From Paraspadella gotoi (Eukaryota > Animalia > Chaetognatha), in NCBI GenBank assembly GCA_051294375.1, contig CM119263.1, positions 5,933,253 to 5,997,252 of the forward strand: a DNA stretch of 64,000 bases, read 5' to 3'. This document shows positions 14,541 through 29,700 of this stretch, piece by piece. The notes under the pieces were generated by a model, which saw only the letters and a program-made list of their open reading frames with translations, was not told where the DNA came from and did not search any database. How positions within the stretch are numbered: the first letter of the stretch is position 1; every line of letters begins with the position of its first letter. The position numbers were made by a program, and so were the translations under genes.

Positions 14541-15869
14541 AAGAGAGAAAGAGAGAGACACCTTTTTAAATTTGAAAATCCTGAATATCGACGATGAAGA
14601 AAACTGGACGTGATCAAAAGAGAGGTAATGAAAGAGAGGAAAGGTAATAAAGGGTAGAAAGAAAAAAAAGACAAGAAATGAAAAAAGTAAAGAAAAGAAA
14701 AGAAAAGAAAGGAAAGAGAGTAAAGGAAAGAAAAGAAAGGAAAGAGAGTAAAAAATAGAAAAGAAATGAAGGAATGTAAAGAAAAGAAAAGAAATGAAAT
14801 ATTGTATAGGCAGAAGAAAACGAGAAGAAAGTAAAAAAAGGAAACATATATTTCCTAAAAAATGTATATTAATTTGTTAAATGTTTTTTTTTGTTGCCAT
14901 TTCCGTTTTTTGTCGTCGTCATTTTTAAACTTCGTCTTCTCCGTCGATATTTTTATTTACATACACCGCCTTTCTTTTGCATCGTCGTTGTCGTTGTCGT
15001 CTTCGTCGTCGTCGAAGACACATCGTCGTCGTTGTCGTCGTCGTCGCCCCGTCGTCGTCGCCCCGTCGTCGTCGCTGTCGTCGTCGTCGTCGTCTACGTC
15101 GTTCTCACATTCACCGATTTCACCATCTGCTCTTTTTTTTCGCGTGAGTCAGATTCCGCCACGTGATTCTGTCACGTGACTTCAATGATTCATAATCATA
15201 AAACCGGATTTCTCTCTTAATTCTTTTTTTTTTCCTTTTTCTTTTTTTTTTCATTTTTCCTCCTTCCTTCTTTCCTTCCTTCCTTTCTTCTTTCGTTTCT
15301 CTCTTTCCTTCCTTCCCTCCTTCCTTCTTTCCTTCTTTCCTTCCTGTTTTACGGCTTCTTTTTTTCTTTTCCTTGCCTTCCTTCCTCCTTCCTTCCTTCC
15401 TCCTTCTTCCTTCTTCCTTCCTTCCTTCCTTTCTTCCTTGTTTACCAGCTTCTTCCTTCCTTCCTTTCCTTTCGTTCCTCCTTCTCCTTCTATCCTTCCG
15501 TGTTAGTTTGCCTTCGCGCTTCTCTGATTTCCTTTCCTTCCTTCCTTCCTTCCTTTTTCCTCCATTCCATCTCTTTATTATCCCCGTATATATTTTCCTG
15601 AGCCTTCTTCATACCCCGTGGCCGAATTGTTTATATATATATATATAATATGTTTGTAAACTTTGTTAATTCTAGAAAAGAATCACTTTCCACTAAAAAA
15701 AACTAAAATAATCAACATTAAATCCGAAGAATCAAAAGTGAAAAACTGAGCAACAGAAAAAATCCTTTTAACTTCTAAGACTCTTTGCCTCTTTTTCCGA
15801 CTTCCTCTTTTTACCAAAAATGTCACCCAAACTTTTTTTCATTCTACCGATTCACGCAGCGACACTCCT

Positions 15870-16160
15870 CTGTCCACTCTCTTTCACCACTGTTCTTCCT
15901 CCTACACTCCTATGTTTCTATCCCACGCCCCTGTTTTCCTTTCTACACTCCTCTGTTTCCCTGCTACACCCCTGTTCCCCCTCGCTATACACTTCTCCGT
16001 CCCCCTGCTACAAAAAACCCGCTGTTCCTGCCCTGCTACACTTCTGCCGTCCACCTGCTAACAACATCCCTGTTCCCCCTCCTACACTTCTCCGATCCCC
16101 CTGCTACTTCCCTGTTTCCCCTGCTACACTCCTAATTTTCCCCTCCTACTCCCCTGTCTC
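15870..16160. repeat. Degenerate minisatellite (cctgttcccctgctacact-like unit)
   Basis: Recurrent cctgtt/ccctgctacac motifs at roughly 20-bp spacing. Confidence 0.65.
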
Positions 16161-16425
16161 AAAGTCTTCCCTCCTACTGCCTCCTCCTTCCCTCAACTTA
16201 AATATTTCTTCCTTCTGCTCATCTTAATCCGGATTTTTATTTTAATCCTTTCGTCTAATTCACATCCGCCCACTAATCCGAGCATCTCAACCACCTCACC
16301 CACCATGTCCCACTTTCCATGTCCCACTTTCCATGTCCCACCTTCCATCTATGTCTATGTCCTCGAGCATTTTCAAGAATTCGGTTTCCATCAATTTTTA
16401 ATCGGATCCTTGACTTCGCGATTAC

Positions 16426-16484
<59 letters not shown>

Positions 16485-16740
16485 GCTTCTTTCTCCTCTC
16501 TTCCTACTTTCTCTCTCTCCTCCTCTCCTCTCTCTCTTCTCTCTCTCGTGCTCTTTGTTATTTTATAAATCTTTTCCCAGATTTCCCCACTTTTTTCTTT
16601 CATATCGTTTTTCGCTGCCTTGGTTGTATGTGTTGGGTTGTCTCTGCGTGTTGTTCGATGTGTGTTGCATCTAAAGCAATTTGCCCTTGCTAGTTCCTAG
16701 CTCCCCTATTAAGCTCTCTCTCTCTCCTCTTCTGCTCTTT

Positions 16741-16778
<38 letters not shown>

Positions 16779-17521
16779 TCTCTCTCTCTCTCTCTTCTCT
16801 CTGTGACTGGGAAATCGGTCACTGTCTGTTGCAGATTCTGATCATGTTTTCCATGAATGAAGAAAAAAATGATTTTGTTTAAATCTAATAAAAACAAAGA
16901 AAAAGATAGACAATATTCGTGAAAGCAGCATTTTTGTTGTTTTTTTTAGGCGAAAATTGAGATCAAAATTTTGTTGAAAAGACACAAAATTCCCAGCGGA
17001 CGTATGCTTGGTTTAAATGTATACGGTTTTAAGCAATTGAGTACAAAATATACGACCTGCAAATAGATAATACCTAAAATAATTTAGCTCAAGTATATAA
17101 TACTTATAGAGGAAGAAGAAACACGTGTATAACCGCATGAGGCGAAGCGGCTCAATAACAGTGAAAAGCAGAGAAAATATAAAGGAAGTAAAAAAGAGGA
17201 AAAAATCGAAGGTTGAATTCAGATTCGAGTTAATAGTTTATAATTTATAAACGAAATTCAACTTCGTTCGTTTTTAATTCTTTTTTTTTTTTAGAAACAT
17301 CAATAAAATCAATAACAATTCTCTTCCATCAACGAAAATAAAGAGAGATAGAGAGCGATAGAAATGAAAAGAGACAGAGAGCGAGAGAGTAAAAACAAAA
17401 GAGTTTTAACGCAACTCTCTCTCTATCTTTTTTCTCGCTACAATAATTCTTGCTTTGACTCTGTCTCATCGATCCTTCACTCCCTCTCCCTCTCGCTCTC
17501 CCTCTCTCCCCCGCCTTCCCT

Positions 17522-18317
17522 TCACGCTTCCCGCTCACAAACAAAAAGGCATCGTCTCTCGCAATTCCTCTTCCCAATTTCTGCTCTTCCTCCTCCGATT
17601 GACGGCACGTCGTCGTTGTCGTCGTCGTCGTCGTCGTCTCGATTCCTTCGTGCACCATAAATTTTTGCACCATGAGTCGTTTCCACGTGCGACGAGGCGA
17701 CGCTGATTTTCGTTGTTGTTGTTGTTGTTGTTGTCGTTCCTTCGACATCAAACTTCGACTCAGTTTTTCTCTTTCCTTCGCGATCTGTGAAAATTGAAAA
17801 TAAAATGACTCTCTCTCTGTCTCGCTCTTTTTTTCTTTTTCCTTCGCGATGTGTGAAAATTGAAAAAAAATGTCTCTCTCTCTGTCGCGCTCTTGCTTAA
17901 TCTCTCTCTTCTGCTTTCTTTTCTTTCTCGATTATCTTAAAGACACGATTTGAAAAATGGATTATTAAACCGCGAAAAAAAGGGAAAAAATTAAAAAATA
18001 AGAAAAAAGGACTCAAATTTCTCACCTTTAATAATCAACGCGTCACAATTTCGACGAAATCTTCGATTTTTTGGGCGAAAAAATCTTTTTTTCCTCAGCA
18101 ATTTCGTCGCGACGTCGTCGTCTTCGTCGTCGTGGTCGTCGTCGTCGTCGTCGTTGTTTTCCTTTCTTTCTCCTTCGCCCTTTCCGCCTTTTCTCCCTCT
18201 GTTGTCATTCTTCCTTTCTTCGTAGTGACTCCTTCCTTCGTCTCCGTAGTGACTTTTGTTTCCGTCCCAACTAAAAATGTCATGATGTCTTTTGTTTCTT
18301 TTGCGTCGAATCCAAAC
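17522..18317 (-). CDS. 3' exons of the type II membrane C-type lectin gene that starts at 42732
   Basis: Exon ~18317-18026: VWIRRKRNKRHHDIFSWDGNKSHY...DDDDDDHDDEDDD...RRFRRNCDALIIK (phase 1, gtgaga donor). Exon 17784-17522: DREGKRK...TTTTTTTTT...DDDDDDDNDD...NCERRCLFVCEREA*. These supply CTLD C-half motifs (WI, F.W.DG, NC, C...FVCE). The upper acceptor lies in noisy sequence. Confidence 0.7.
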
Positions 18318-18319
18318 GC

Positions 18320-21300
18320 AGGGAATCAAAAGCAGGGTGAGCAGTTCGGTGGATAAGGTGTCGGAGGGTGTAGAGGGCTGGGGCATGGGGTTAGGGTTGG
18401 GGGTGCCGAGGTGGGGGACGGGTGGGACGAGAATGGCCGAGCATTGCTGAGCGGGAACAGCAAAAAGCTAACTTCCTTGTTTTCAATCGTAATCTTTCTA
18501 GTTAGCTAATATCTGTTTTGCTTATTTTTTTGTAACACAGAACCTTCTCGCTTAACTTCCCAAAACAGTATGTTCACCCGACGTACGGACGTCCCTCGGC
18601 GCCGTCTCTCATCTCACTCGCTCTCTCGTATCTACTCTCTGCTCTCGTGCCTCTCTGCCCTCCCTCGTCTCTGCTCTCTCCTCTCTTCATCTAATTTATC
18701 GCCAGTCCGCCACTCATGGCGGTAATTTCGGGCTCTGTGCCATCGTTGCACAGACGCGAAAAAGCCGACTTGATTGCGGCGCACAGAATTCTTGGAGCAC
18801 TCAACGCCAAACGCACAACCGGAAAACTCTGGTCTAAGCATCTGCACGCCGCGAACGGTCTCGTCACGCCCCGCATTTGGCCCTCACCGAAGAGAGGAGA
18901 GGAGCGCCCGGAGCGTCCGCAGTGACGAGAGACCCGACGCACGTGTCGCACCACACCAAGAGAGAGTCGAGACGAGCAAACGAGACCGAGGACGGAGACG
19001 ACGAGACGCCGACGGTTAGGAAGCCCCCGGAAGACCGAAGAGAGAACGAGAGACCTGAAGAACGAATTATCCTACGAACGAAGATACAACTCAGAGTAGA
19101 AGCACACACTCTCACACACCAGATTCTCCTTTTCCTTCAATCTGAGTGACGCCTGCTCGTCTGCCGCCCCCACTGCACACGTGGATTTCCGCTTCCGAGC
19201 CCACAAACACAGAGACTAAACCTCTTTCGATCTTTGTTGCCACAGTTGATCTTCCAAAATTACGCACCATCTTGTATCTCTAACATACCTGTCTCTTATT
19301 TCATCCCTCACTGATTAAGTCGTCCTCACAGCACAACACCGCTGTCCACTCGTTCACAAATTCTACACATATAAACGCCAGAACATGCTGATCACCTGAA
19401 CAACTCACCCCGTCCCTCACATCCACGAATATGCACGCTAGTCAAATCACCGCACGTCTTAACCCAATCGCTACCCCGACTGCAAGCTGTGAACAGAGCC
19501 ATTCCATCGAACAAAAGTACGACAAATCAAATACATCAAAAAAACAAGCGGAAAGCAAACATATCAAAGGTCTGGAAATCTCCCCCGTTTACTACGCCAA
19601 TCGAACGCATTCAAGCACCTATCACGATAATAAGACAGCAGACAACATGATCTTAAATCATCTGGCACACAGCAGAGCACAAGACACACAGAAGAACGGA
19701 TTAACACGCCGATTTCACAAGTGGCGATCACAGCGCTCTCGCCTACTTCAAGGATTCACGGATTTGAATTTAAGCCGCATTCTCACAGAATCACTTTTTA
19801 ATAAAACAATTCTCTTCATCTTTTCACTTTTGCTTTCTTATAAACTACAGAACGGTGTCTCCAATGGGTTCATTCTCAAGGCCCCCCCCCCCCCCTCCCG
19901 CCCCCCCCCGCCCCACCCCCCCTCCCACCACCCGACGACGCCCCCCCCCCCCCGCCCCCCCCCCCCCCCCCCCCCGACCGCCCCACCCCCCCCGACCCCC
20001 CCCGCCCCCCTCCCGCGCCGCCCCCGCCCCCCCGACCCCCCCCCCCCCCCCCCCCCCGCCACCGCCCGCCCGCCCCCCCGCTCCCCCCCGCCATCGCCCC
20101 CTCCACCCGCCCCCCACCCGCCCCCCCCCCCGACACGCCCGCGCAACGCCCCCGCACCCACCCCGCCACCTCCGCCCCCCCCCCGCCGCAGCCCCAGCGC
20201 CAGCACCCCCCGGAGGCGCGAGCCCCCACCCCCCCCAGTTCTCCCCGACCACTCCCTCCGCCGAGCCGCGCCGCCGCCGCGCCGCAGCCCGCCCACTCTC
20301 GACGCCCGGCCGGCCCCACGTTCCCACGGAGCCCGCCCTCCGCCCGCCGCGGCCCAACGCCGACGGCGGCCGCCGAAGACCCGCGCGGGGAAACGTTCTG
20401 ACTCTTGTCTTGCATTATACATGTAGATTTTGCTTTTCGAAATCTCACGTATTCTTCTTTTCCAAACTTTCCTTACCGTTCATCCTGCTTCAAATCGCTC
20501 TCCCTCTTTTTCCACGTTGTCTGTGAAAACTGCCTAAACGGAAAAAAATGGCAATACAATGCTGATGATCTTCTCAATCAGAATACATCCACATACGCGC
20601 CCTCCTTTCTTTCGTCGTGCGTTCCGTCTCGCTGGTCCGTCGTTCCGTGTCCCTACCATCGAGAGCGTGAACAAACGAATGTTGTTTTGCGTCTTGAACG
20701 GCGAACATTTCTTCGTGTTCTCTGAGAAGTCAGGCATTTCCTTCTCGGTGGAGCGACGGAGGAGGAGGAGGAGGAGCAGATGGGGACAACAAGCGAGAAA
20801 AGGATGCAAAAACCCAACTGGATAACGAAGAAAGCAAAAGCAAAACGCGGTCATTTGGCCGGAAAAGTTTGATAAACATGCTGACAAGAACAACGAGGGA
20901 AAACATTGGCAAACATACGAGAGCCGGAGAAAAAAAAGCAACAATAGCAGATGGAGCCTTCGGGAAAATAGGAGAGGGAGTGGCAAATAGAGATGGAGTA
21001 GAATTGAGAGAGGGGGTGGAAATAGAGAGTGAGTGGAAAATTAAAGAGGAGTGGAAATTAGAGAGGGAGTGGAAAATAGGAAAGAGTATGAAAAATAGAG
21101 AGGGAGTGAGAATTAGAGAGGGAGTGGAAAATTAGAGAGGGTTGGGAAAAAAGTAAAAGAGATCGTGATTAAAAATAGAGAGGGGGTAGAAAATGGGAGA
21201 AAAAGGAGTGGCAAGATAGGCTTCAGACGAGCTGAGAACGAAAACATGACAGGCACGTGGAAACACGGTAACTACGGAGATGTGAAAAATGGAGGCGAGG

Positions 21301-23616
21301 TGCGAAAAACAGAAGGGGAGTGGAAAAGAAAAAACAAAGAAAAAAGCTAAAAGAGAGCAGAACACAACAAAGTGGATTAGGCCCGAGGGAAAGAAGAGAA
21401 AAGGACAATGGACAAAGAAAACAGAGGAAACTAAAGAGGGAAATAACAAAGGAGAATAAGGGAAAGGACCAGACCATAGAGCGGGATTAGAAAAAGGAAG
21501 AAAGAACATGAAAAAGAAATCAAACAAGAAAAAGGGAGGGAAAAAGACAAGGACATGAAAGATAGAACAAGAGAAAGCATAAAAAGGCAATGAATCAATC
21601 GAAATGCCGCATCACCTCCTTTCTTTGCCCATCTTTCGCTTCGTCGGCGTCAGTCCAGTCGTCAATCCTCGTCCAGCTCGACAAAAGCAACTTCCAGAGA
21701 AGAACTCGAAAAGGAAATGAGTGAATCTTCTACGAGTGAATAAGTGGAGGAACGTGACGAGAGAGGACGAGCAAAGGACAGAGAGAGGGCAGCGCAGGAA
21801 GACGGGAAAGGAAGACTGAACCAAAATCCGGGAGGCTGAGACTCCGAGGTAAAAGCAGAATAGAGAAAAACACAAAAGAAAAACTGAGACACGGAATGGC
21901 GTGTGACAGGAATCGTTAATCGCCTTTTACCTCAACTTAATCAACCACATCGCCAGAAGCCAACCTCTGTAACCATTCCAAAGATTCTACAGCGCTATAC
22001 ACACGACTTTACCCTCATCTGACGCACAACTTCACGCGACGTGTAGATCGACCCCATCACGGAGTGTGATATTAACCCCAGCACGCGACTTATATCTCTC
22101 TCGACCGCTGAGTTCCGAAACATAAGACGTCTCCAGCTGGGGAAAGATGCCTATGGCATTACGGGATCGACACGACGACGTTGAAGACAGATGACCGACG
22201 CGACGAGCGATATGGTGAAAGACACATTAGAGGACCGTACGGACGATGACAGAACAAGACCGATGTCGACTGTTCAGACACAACGGTCGACCGACGACCG
22301 AGTGACGCACGAACGACAGGCACGACGTATGAAGCACGCTACCCGATGACTGACACGACCGCAACGCCATGAAGAAAATGACGACGCGACGATATCGAAA
22401 ACACCAGACTGATGTCAATGGTAGACGACCGAGGAGGACGGGGGACGATACGACGACAACGATTGACGCGGCACAAACCTCGTGACGATCTTTGCCTGTC
22501 GTATCACGAAACTAAACGGATTTTCTTTGTGTTGGGTGAAATCGCAGGATGAACGTAAACGGACGATCGGCACGACGACGTATTTCCGACGACAACGATG
22601 AAGAACGACGACCGACGATGATCCGACGAGCCGACACCGCTAGGCAAGACTAGGAAGGAACGACTACAAGGACGAAACTGAACGACTACGACACTGGTCG
22701 ACTCGACCAAGAGCGGGACGACGACCGGCGCATGGAAGACGAACACGATAAAGACGACTGCACACGACGATGACGAGTAAAAATCGAGTCGCACATCACG
22801 CTGCACCGTAGACAAAAAACAACATCTTCATCGATCAGACCGCACAAGCGACGACCGACGACGACGACGACGTACCGACGACGCACGACTTACCTTCCAT
22901 TCCCGCAGATCTCGCAATACTCCTGGTCTTACCTTTGTGTACCACGTTTATCGCCGAACAAATTCGACCGTCGTTGTTTACTCGGGGGCTGTCGCTCAGC
23001 ATCCCTCGTCGTACGTAGACCGTCGTCGATCTCGTGTCGCAGAGTGCGTCCGCCGAGCGTGCACAAGCCTCGTTCGTGGCCATCAACAACTCCGGCAAAT
23101 TGTTTCCCCCGGAAGGACGCTTTTGAAGGAACGGATTGCTGCAAGGAGAAGTTGATTGAATTCTCTGCCATTCATTCATCTTTAACTAATCTATTACCCT
23201 ATTCAATCTTCGTAACTCCTATCTTTGATGTAACGCAGGGAATTCCGGGTCGATGTGCATTGAATTGATTGGATGAATTATCTGATTGACTGATTTGACC
23301 TGTGCACCCTTGATTGACTTGATTCTGATGACTTTTCCTACCAACTCCTTCCCCGTGTGCTCCGTCTAGTCGAATGTTCTGAGCAGCAAATGTCACCTCG
23401 ATCGAAGCAACTACAGGCGTATCTGTAGCTGCGAGATCCAAGTCGGCCATCTCCGACTCCTGCGAGACGGTAGATAAAGTAATTTAAAAAAAAAGAAATA
23501 AGAAAAAGAAACATACCGCCCGGGCAGAAACACAGAGAAAGACGCGAGCAAAACGAATAAGAAGAAAGCAAGAGACTCTGTGAGAGAGAGAAGAAGAGAG
23601 ACGTAGAAGAGAGGCC
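18320..23616. other. Error-rich long-read extension; its distal part duplicates ~39700-42350 (probable assembly artefact)
   Basis: Collinear indel-riddled matches: 20449 vs 39909, 20960-21200 vs 40290-40545, 21600-21900 vs 40890-41170, 23400-23470 vs 42240-42300. It ends at an exactly 25-N spacer (23617-23641). Confidence 0.88.
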
Positions 23617-23641
23617 NNNNNNNNNNNNNNNNNNNNNNNNN

Positions 23642-26600
23642 GAGGACGATTTCGCGGCCAAGGCGGCGAACTCCGTTTCATCGACTCCCACTCTTCCCAT
23701 GATGTCAAAAACAATCTTCTGCAGTTGCGCGTCACGATCTGGACCCCAACGATCGACGCCCCGCTTTCGATTCCGTCACTTGGATTCGACTCGAGGAGCA
23801 CGACGCTTCCCTGGCGAGGGGAGAAGGGAGGAGGGCGTAGGGGGGGGAGATGAGAAAGAGGGGTAAGGGAAGAAGAAGAGGCAAAGGGGGAGAGAGAAGA
23901 ATGTTTAATTGGAAAAGGGGATCAATAAATGGAAAAAGAAAACCTTAATGAGGAGAAAAGGGAAAAGAGATGAACCAATGGCAGTGAAGAGCCAAAGAAA
24001 TATAATTGACATCGAAGTGTTCGAATTATTCACGACTATACTTTTAAACGTTTAATTTAAGACGAAAAGTTTAAGCATCTGATACCACAGTTGTTCACCT
24101 GTTTGTTCGAATTCGATCTAAAAAGCAAACTAATGAATGATGAAGTTCCATCGCTGAATCCTTTTTAGCAGGCGACATCTGATCGTCGACGTTTGTAAGT
24201 GGAGCTGGGGAAAAATCGGGAACCTGATTAAACGAAAGGGGAACTGACCGATGTGATTTGAGTAACGCACTGTATATTTGTTTTTTGTCTTGTTAATGTC
24301 TTTTTTAAGCGGTTAATGACCACAGTAGCGAATAGAGTTAAAACAAATTAATCCGATTTAATAATTATAAAAACAATAAATAATTTTGATGACTAGAAGA
24401 ATCTCAATTTGAGTGCAAAAATCTTTACTTTTCCCTCGCCCAATGAATTAGACAGACGCAATTCCTCGAAGGCGAAAGTCACTTTTAATCTGAGGAGACA
24501 CAAGCAATTGTGGATCGCCGGCATTACTTAGGAACATTAAGCGACAGAAAAACAGATACAGAAGAGAGACAGAGAACTATTTAGTGGGAGGAAAAAAAAA
24601 AGGACGGAACACTACGAATGAGGGAAAAACGTGGAAAAAAAAAGTATGTAGGAGCGACACAACAAGAAAGTAGCCTCGCATCGAGGGAAACGGATTGATC
24701 GTGAAGACAAGAGTTTCTTGTAATGTCAATGGAGTTAAAAATATAGTTTTCTTTTTTTATTACATCCTTCCCTTAAAAGTTTAGAAGGAAAAACCAAATT
24801 ATAAATTAATGTAATTTCCTTATCTCTTGTCCCTATCCCGGCCACTGCTCTTGTAAAAACATAAAGGAAAACTAACAATGAAAAAATTTAAACTAAATTA
24901 TTTCTTATATTTTTATTTAAACTGTCACTTGCCCGACTTTGAAAGTTTGATGAAACACGCAACGAGAAGATTATTTCAATAAAGGCAACGCCCCTCACCA
25001 ATATATACCAGTGAGTTTTTATACCTTACCCCGATCTAGAGTTGGAAAAATCAACGTCTGCACGCTTGGAGATTTGATGTATTCGCAAAACCCAAGGGGA
25101 AATTCTCGTCTCATCGTGTTTACAGTGGAGCCGGCGGGCGTACACGTTATCGATCCCCGCCATCATGTTCCGAGGCCAGTATACGTTCATTTTTCTATTC
25201 ACCCTCGTCCTGATTGCTAAATGAGAAAAAGAAGAAAGTTTGTTTTTTTAGGATTGTAGCGGCGCAGCGAGGAGGTCAATAAATTAAGAAGAACGATGAT
25301 ATAGGGCTAATCTTTTTATCTTTGAGATCCAATATTATCTTAAAGGGAACAAATCTCTTAGGAAACGCGGATAGAACTAATACTGAATATTGGATTTTCA
25401 CATACTTGGAAAAAAAATATAATACAAACTTATATTACAACATAGTTTAGCTGACAAATCAGGCGCCCGCATTTATGAGAATAAGAATCAAAAATACATT
25501 AATTAACATTTGAATCAGCAATCAAGCAATCAAACAGGAGGAAGGAACTCACCTGTTTTTAAAGTATTTTCAGGGCAGGGCGCCTGCCTACCTGCCCCCA
25601 GTCCAAGGCGGGTGTCGCTTCATTCGATGCTTTCCTCCTGGCATATGGATCCTCTCTCACGGTGCCTGGATAGAGGATGTTGAGATGGACAGGGAGAGAG
25701 GGATGAGAGGGAGAGCGAGAGGCGAGGGTTGAGAGAGGGAGAGGTGAGAGGGATGAGAGTAGAGGGCCCAGAATAAACAAGGGAGACCAGGTCTTAAAAG
25801 TTTGACTCCCCCGTTTCATTTTTGTTTCTTCTTTTTCTCATTTTCCTATTCTTTTTTCTTTTCTTTCTTTTTCTTTCTCTTCTTTCTTTCTTTCTTTCGT
25901 TCTTTTTTTTTCTTTTCTTCTTTTTCTTTTCTTTTTCTTTCTTTCTTTCTTTTTTTCTTTCTTTTCCTTCTTCCCTCTCTCACCCTCTCTTTTCATCCCA
26001 ATTTCAAGGCATTTTAGGGAAGCGACAGTATTGGCAAGAATTTCTCGTGGTTTTTCTGATGACGCCAAGATTGGAAATTTTCCTTGCATTTGTAAGTGAC
26101 GGTCTTTCTGCACAGGTTGCGTTTGAAGAATCCTTGCATCCTTCGCAACATGACAAACTGAATAGTGATACGGGAATCCTCGATCGCCCTGTTGGGGGTA
26201 TGAGAGGGGAGAGCTTTTGTTTGTAATGTTTTAATCATTAGAATATATTAAAACATTAAATATATTTTAAACAGGAGTCTATGTTTCAAGGAAATGAGTA
26301 CGACTGCTACTTGAGCCCTAGGAAAGCCATACGAATTCAAAAACTACCCCAATCAGGCAACAGCCACAACGACAAACAACTACCAAATATCCATTTCACG
26401 ACCGCCACAATAATATTAACAAGAACAAAACGGTTCGACCACAAAAAAACAAAATCCCGAACTTGGGAAACTCACGAGCAAAATTTAGACCAAAACTCGG
26501 CCTTCTTCCCCATCGAGAATTTATGAAAGTCTATTGGACGCCGCCCGGACCTTCCGCCTTCGTCGGAGAGTCCACATGCGGTCTTGCCCGCCGAATCGGC

Positions 26601-26768
26601 CGCTTGCCGCACTCCACGCTGCCGCACCCTCGACCCACCGCTGCACGCCGCCCGACTTGCCGCCGACGCCGACGCGCCGACGCCGCCGACCGCCCGCCGA
26701 GGACGCCTGCCAAAAAAACTCTGCCTTTCCAAAATCTTCGCATTGACTTCAAACGGCTTTATCGACAT
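23642..26768 (-). pseudogene. Frameshifted second copy of nuclear receptor exons 1-7; most likely an artefactual duplicate, not a true pseudogene
   Basis: Same exons and introns as 10531-13256 but with dense indels; it begins abruptly at the 25-N spacer. Confidence 0.35.
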
Positions 26769-29700
26769 AATTTGCTACTGACGAAAACGAAGTTTTGTTT
26801 TTTTTTTTTCTTGTTGTTTTATTTAATTTAATTCTCATTTTTAATTCTATTTTGTTTCTATTACTTCTTTTTGCGTTTGATTTTGAGTTCAAAAAATTTT
26901 TCTGTTCGCTCAAGTTTAGATTTTTTTTTTTTTTCTTTTTTTTTTTTTGCTTCATTACATAACGAGGTAATTCGCGGAATTCTCTCTGTCCTCTTAGTTC
27001 AGGCCTACATGCCGACGTCCGCCGAACGAGAAGAAGAGACGTAGAGTGGGGAGAGGGAGAGAGAGAGACTCGAAGATAGAGAGAGATGAGAGGAGAGAGA
27101 GAGACAGAGAAGTAAGAGAAGAGTAGAGACGAAGAGATGAGAGGAGAGTAGCCGTTTTCTGACTTTGCAGTTTCTCTTTTGCCTCGATTTTAGTTACGCA
27201 ATCAACTTTCTGAAGAACATTTCTCTGTTTCTTCGTTTCCCAAACCCTAAAAAAAATAATTGCTTATATAGCAATCAATTTTACCATTCAAATCAATCAA
27301 TTAAAATCATTTTTCGGGCTCTGTTTCCTCTTCGTTTTTTTCTCAAGCAGCTCGTTCTCTTTTACACAAAATGGAAAAAAATTTCGGAGGAGCCCGAATT
27401 TCTCAGAGCTCGACTGAATCCACGTGCAGCTGAAATGCAGGCTGAGCTGCGGTCGGTACTTGACCGTAAGGCGGCGACTGGCGCGCAGCTGGACAGAGCG
27501 TTAACATTTCGATTCACGATTAATTCAATGGGTTTTTTTTTCAGCGGAGGATTAGTTTGGCAATTATGGTAACTTAAATATGGTCTTTGTTATATTAATA
27601 TAACTTAAAAATTTATTTTAACTGCCCACAATAGTCGTTTTAAGAAATTAAAAAATAAACTGCAAAAACTCTATAGGCGGAAATGGTAAACTTATGCAAA
27701 TGCCTCGAATACATTTCTATGATTTTCATGACAAAAAAGTTTATAGTATCTTGACTTCGAACAATTTAAAGAAAATTGCTATTTTACAATTTTTGTACTT
27801 CATTCTTGTTATTAACTCCTTTTTAATATTTATATTAATCCAGGCGAGGGTTATCGGCGAACCCCGAACTCCTTTTCCGTTTCCACCTGATTTCGGCGTT
27901 CCGCCGAAACAGGTCGGGCTGGCCCAAGCACGCGGAGGCAGCGACTTTGAGCCGGTGATTCGGGTCGGTCTATACTTATGTTCTGCAATACAGCTTATCG
28001 TGCCCCGTTCAGGCGCATTCCGTCGCGGCCAGCGAAACGGAGCGGCGCATCCTCCTTTTTTACTGCTTTCGAGGGTCGTTTGAGGCACAGTTTTCGATGA
28101 CATAACAAGTCAAACTTGAGGAGAGAGAGACGACGAGAGAAGAACCGAAGAAGCACAGTCTAGCACGAGAGAGAGAGACAGAGAGAACAGAGAGGAGAGG
28201 AGGATGACGAAGGGAGAGAGAGAGAGAGGATGACGAGAGCAGCATTTTTGAAAATTTGAAAATCACTGAATATCGACGATGAGAAAACTATCGTACAAGG
28301 AGGTTAAGGGTGAAAGAAGGGAAGCGAGAATAAGAGGGTGAGAAAGAAAAAAAAAAGACTAAGAAAATTGAAAAAAAAGTAAGAAACAGGAGAAAGAAAA
28401 GACATAGGCAAAGAGGTTAATAGGAAAGAAAAGAAAGGAAAGAGAGTAAAAAAATAGACAAAGAAATGAAGGAATGTAAAAGAAAAGAGAAAGAAATGAA
28501 ATATTGTCATATAGGCAGAAGAAACCGAGAGAAGAAAAGTAAAACAAAAAAGGAAACGCTATTATATTTCCCTAAAAAAATGTTATATTAATTGTTTAAA
28601 TGTTTTTTTTTTAGTTTTGCCGAAATTCCCGTTTTTTTGCCTGTCGTCCCAATTTTTTAAAACTTCGTCTTCTCCCGTAGCATATTTTTATTTACATAAC
28701 ACCGCCTTTCTTTTGCATCGTCCAATGCACGCAAAACGGCCCGACCAGTATTTAAAACCGGCAAGAAACACACCAGAGCTTTTATTGTTTTTTTTTCTTC
28801 TTGACGTAGGCAAAAAGAAAAAAAAATCGGGAACAAGAAGAAATAGTTGGCCGAGGGGCGCTACATGAGACCGGACTCCGCCGGACTGGTCCTAGCGGCA
28901 TTCGGTTTTTTTAAGGCTACGAAATGCCTCATGGCTGGTATGAAATTTATCAACTGGCGGTTTTCCCTATAAAACCCTCCCCCTCCATCCAGAATCCCGA
29001 ACTACCCGTCCTTATATATAACTGAATTCATACATCACCCATTTTTAAGGATTAACGTCTAATTTTTTTTAACGTTATAGCATATAGAACCTGTAAATTA
29101 AACCATAGTAAAATCAAGCAAAAATTGCCCAATGATACTAGTATACCCTGAACTAATATCAACCGACCGTGATAAACACTAGATTAAGACATGCCGTCCA
29201 GTGTTTAAAATAGGCCGTGTGTGTTAAAATTTGTATTACACTGACCAACAGAACCAAAATCGTTAACAAGACCAACCGTGTACTTGAGGACAACTATATA
29301 ATTATCGAACCAGCCGTGTATTCACGACCGACCAGTGTATTCAGATCCGACCGTGTATTAAGAACGAGGAAATAATAGTAAAACTCGAACAGCGGTATAC
29401 ATTAAGACCGACATGTCGAGGCCCATGAGATGATGACGCACCGATCTCGGGAACAAGACACCGACAGTATGTCAAGGCGGTCCAACCCAATCTGTACAGC
29501 GAACACTGTGACAATCCGAAAGCGGGCAGCATTTTGACAGAACCCGATAACCCGGAGCGATACTATGAAAAATTGAGAGGAATAAAAGATTGAACCCGGC
29601 GAAGCTATAATAACCCTGCGTCGCTTCCTGGTCTTGTTTATTGTTAGTAAAGAAATGGTATAATATTAAATAATCCCCGCATATCCCCTGGTCTCGACTT

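Noticed and set aside
19431-20526. 331-aa poly-Pro (extensin/formin-like) ORF and its antisense poly-Gly ORFs
   Set aside because: The C-rich tract 19880-20400 is absent from the clean collinear copy (~39840-39900) and lies inside a noisy read extension; it is most likely base-calling junk.
23642-26768. Tandem nuclear receptor paralog or pseudogene
   Set aside because: Indels are uniform across exons and introns, it starts at a 25-N spacer, and flanking DNA is duplicated in the same way; an assembly artefact is far more likely.
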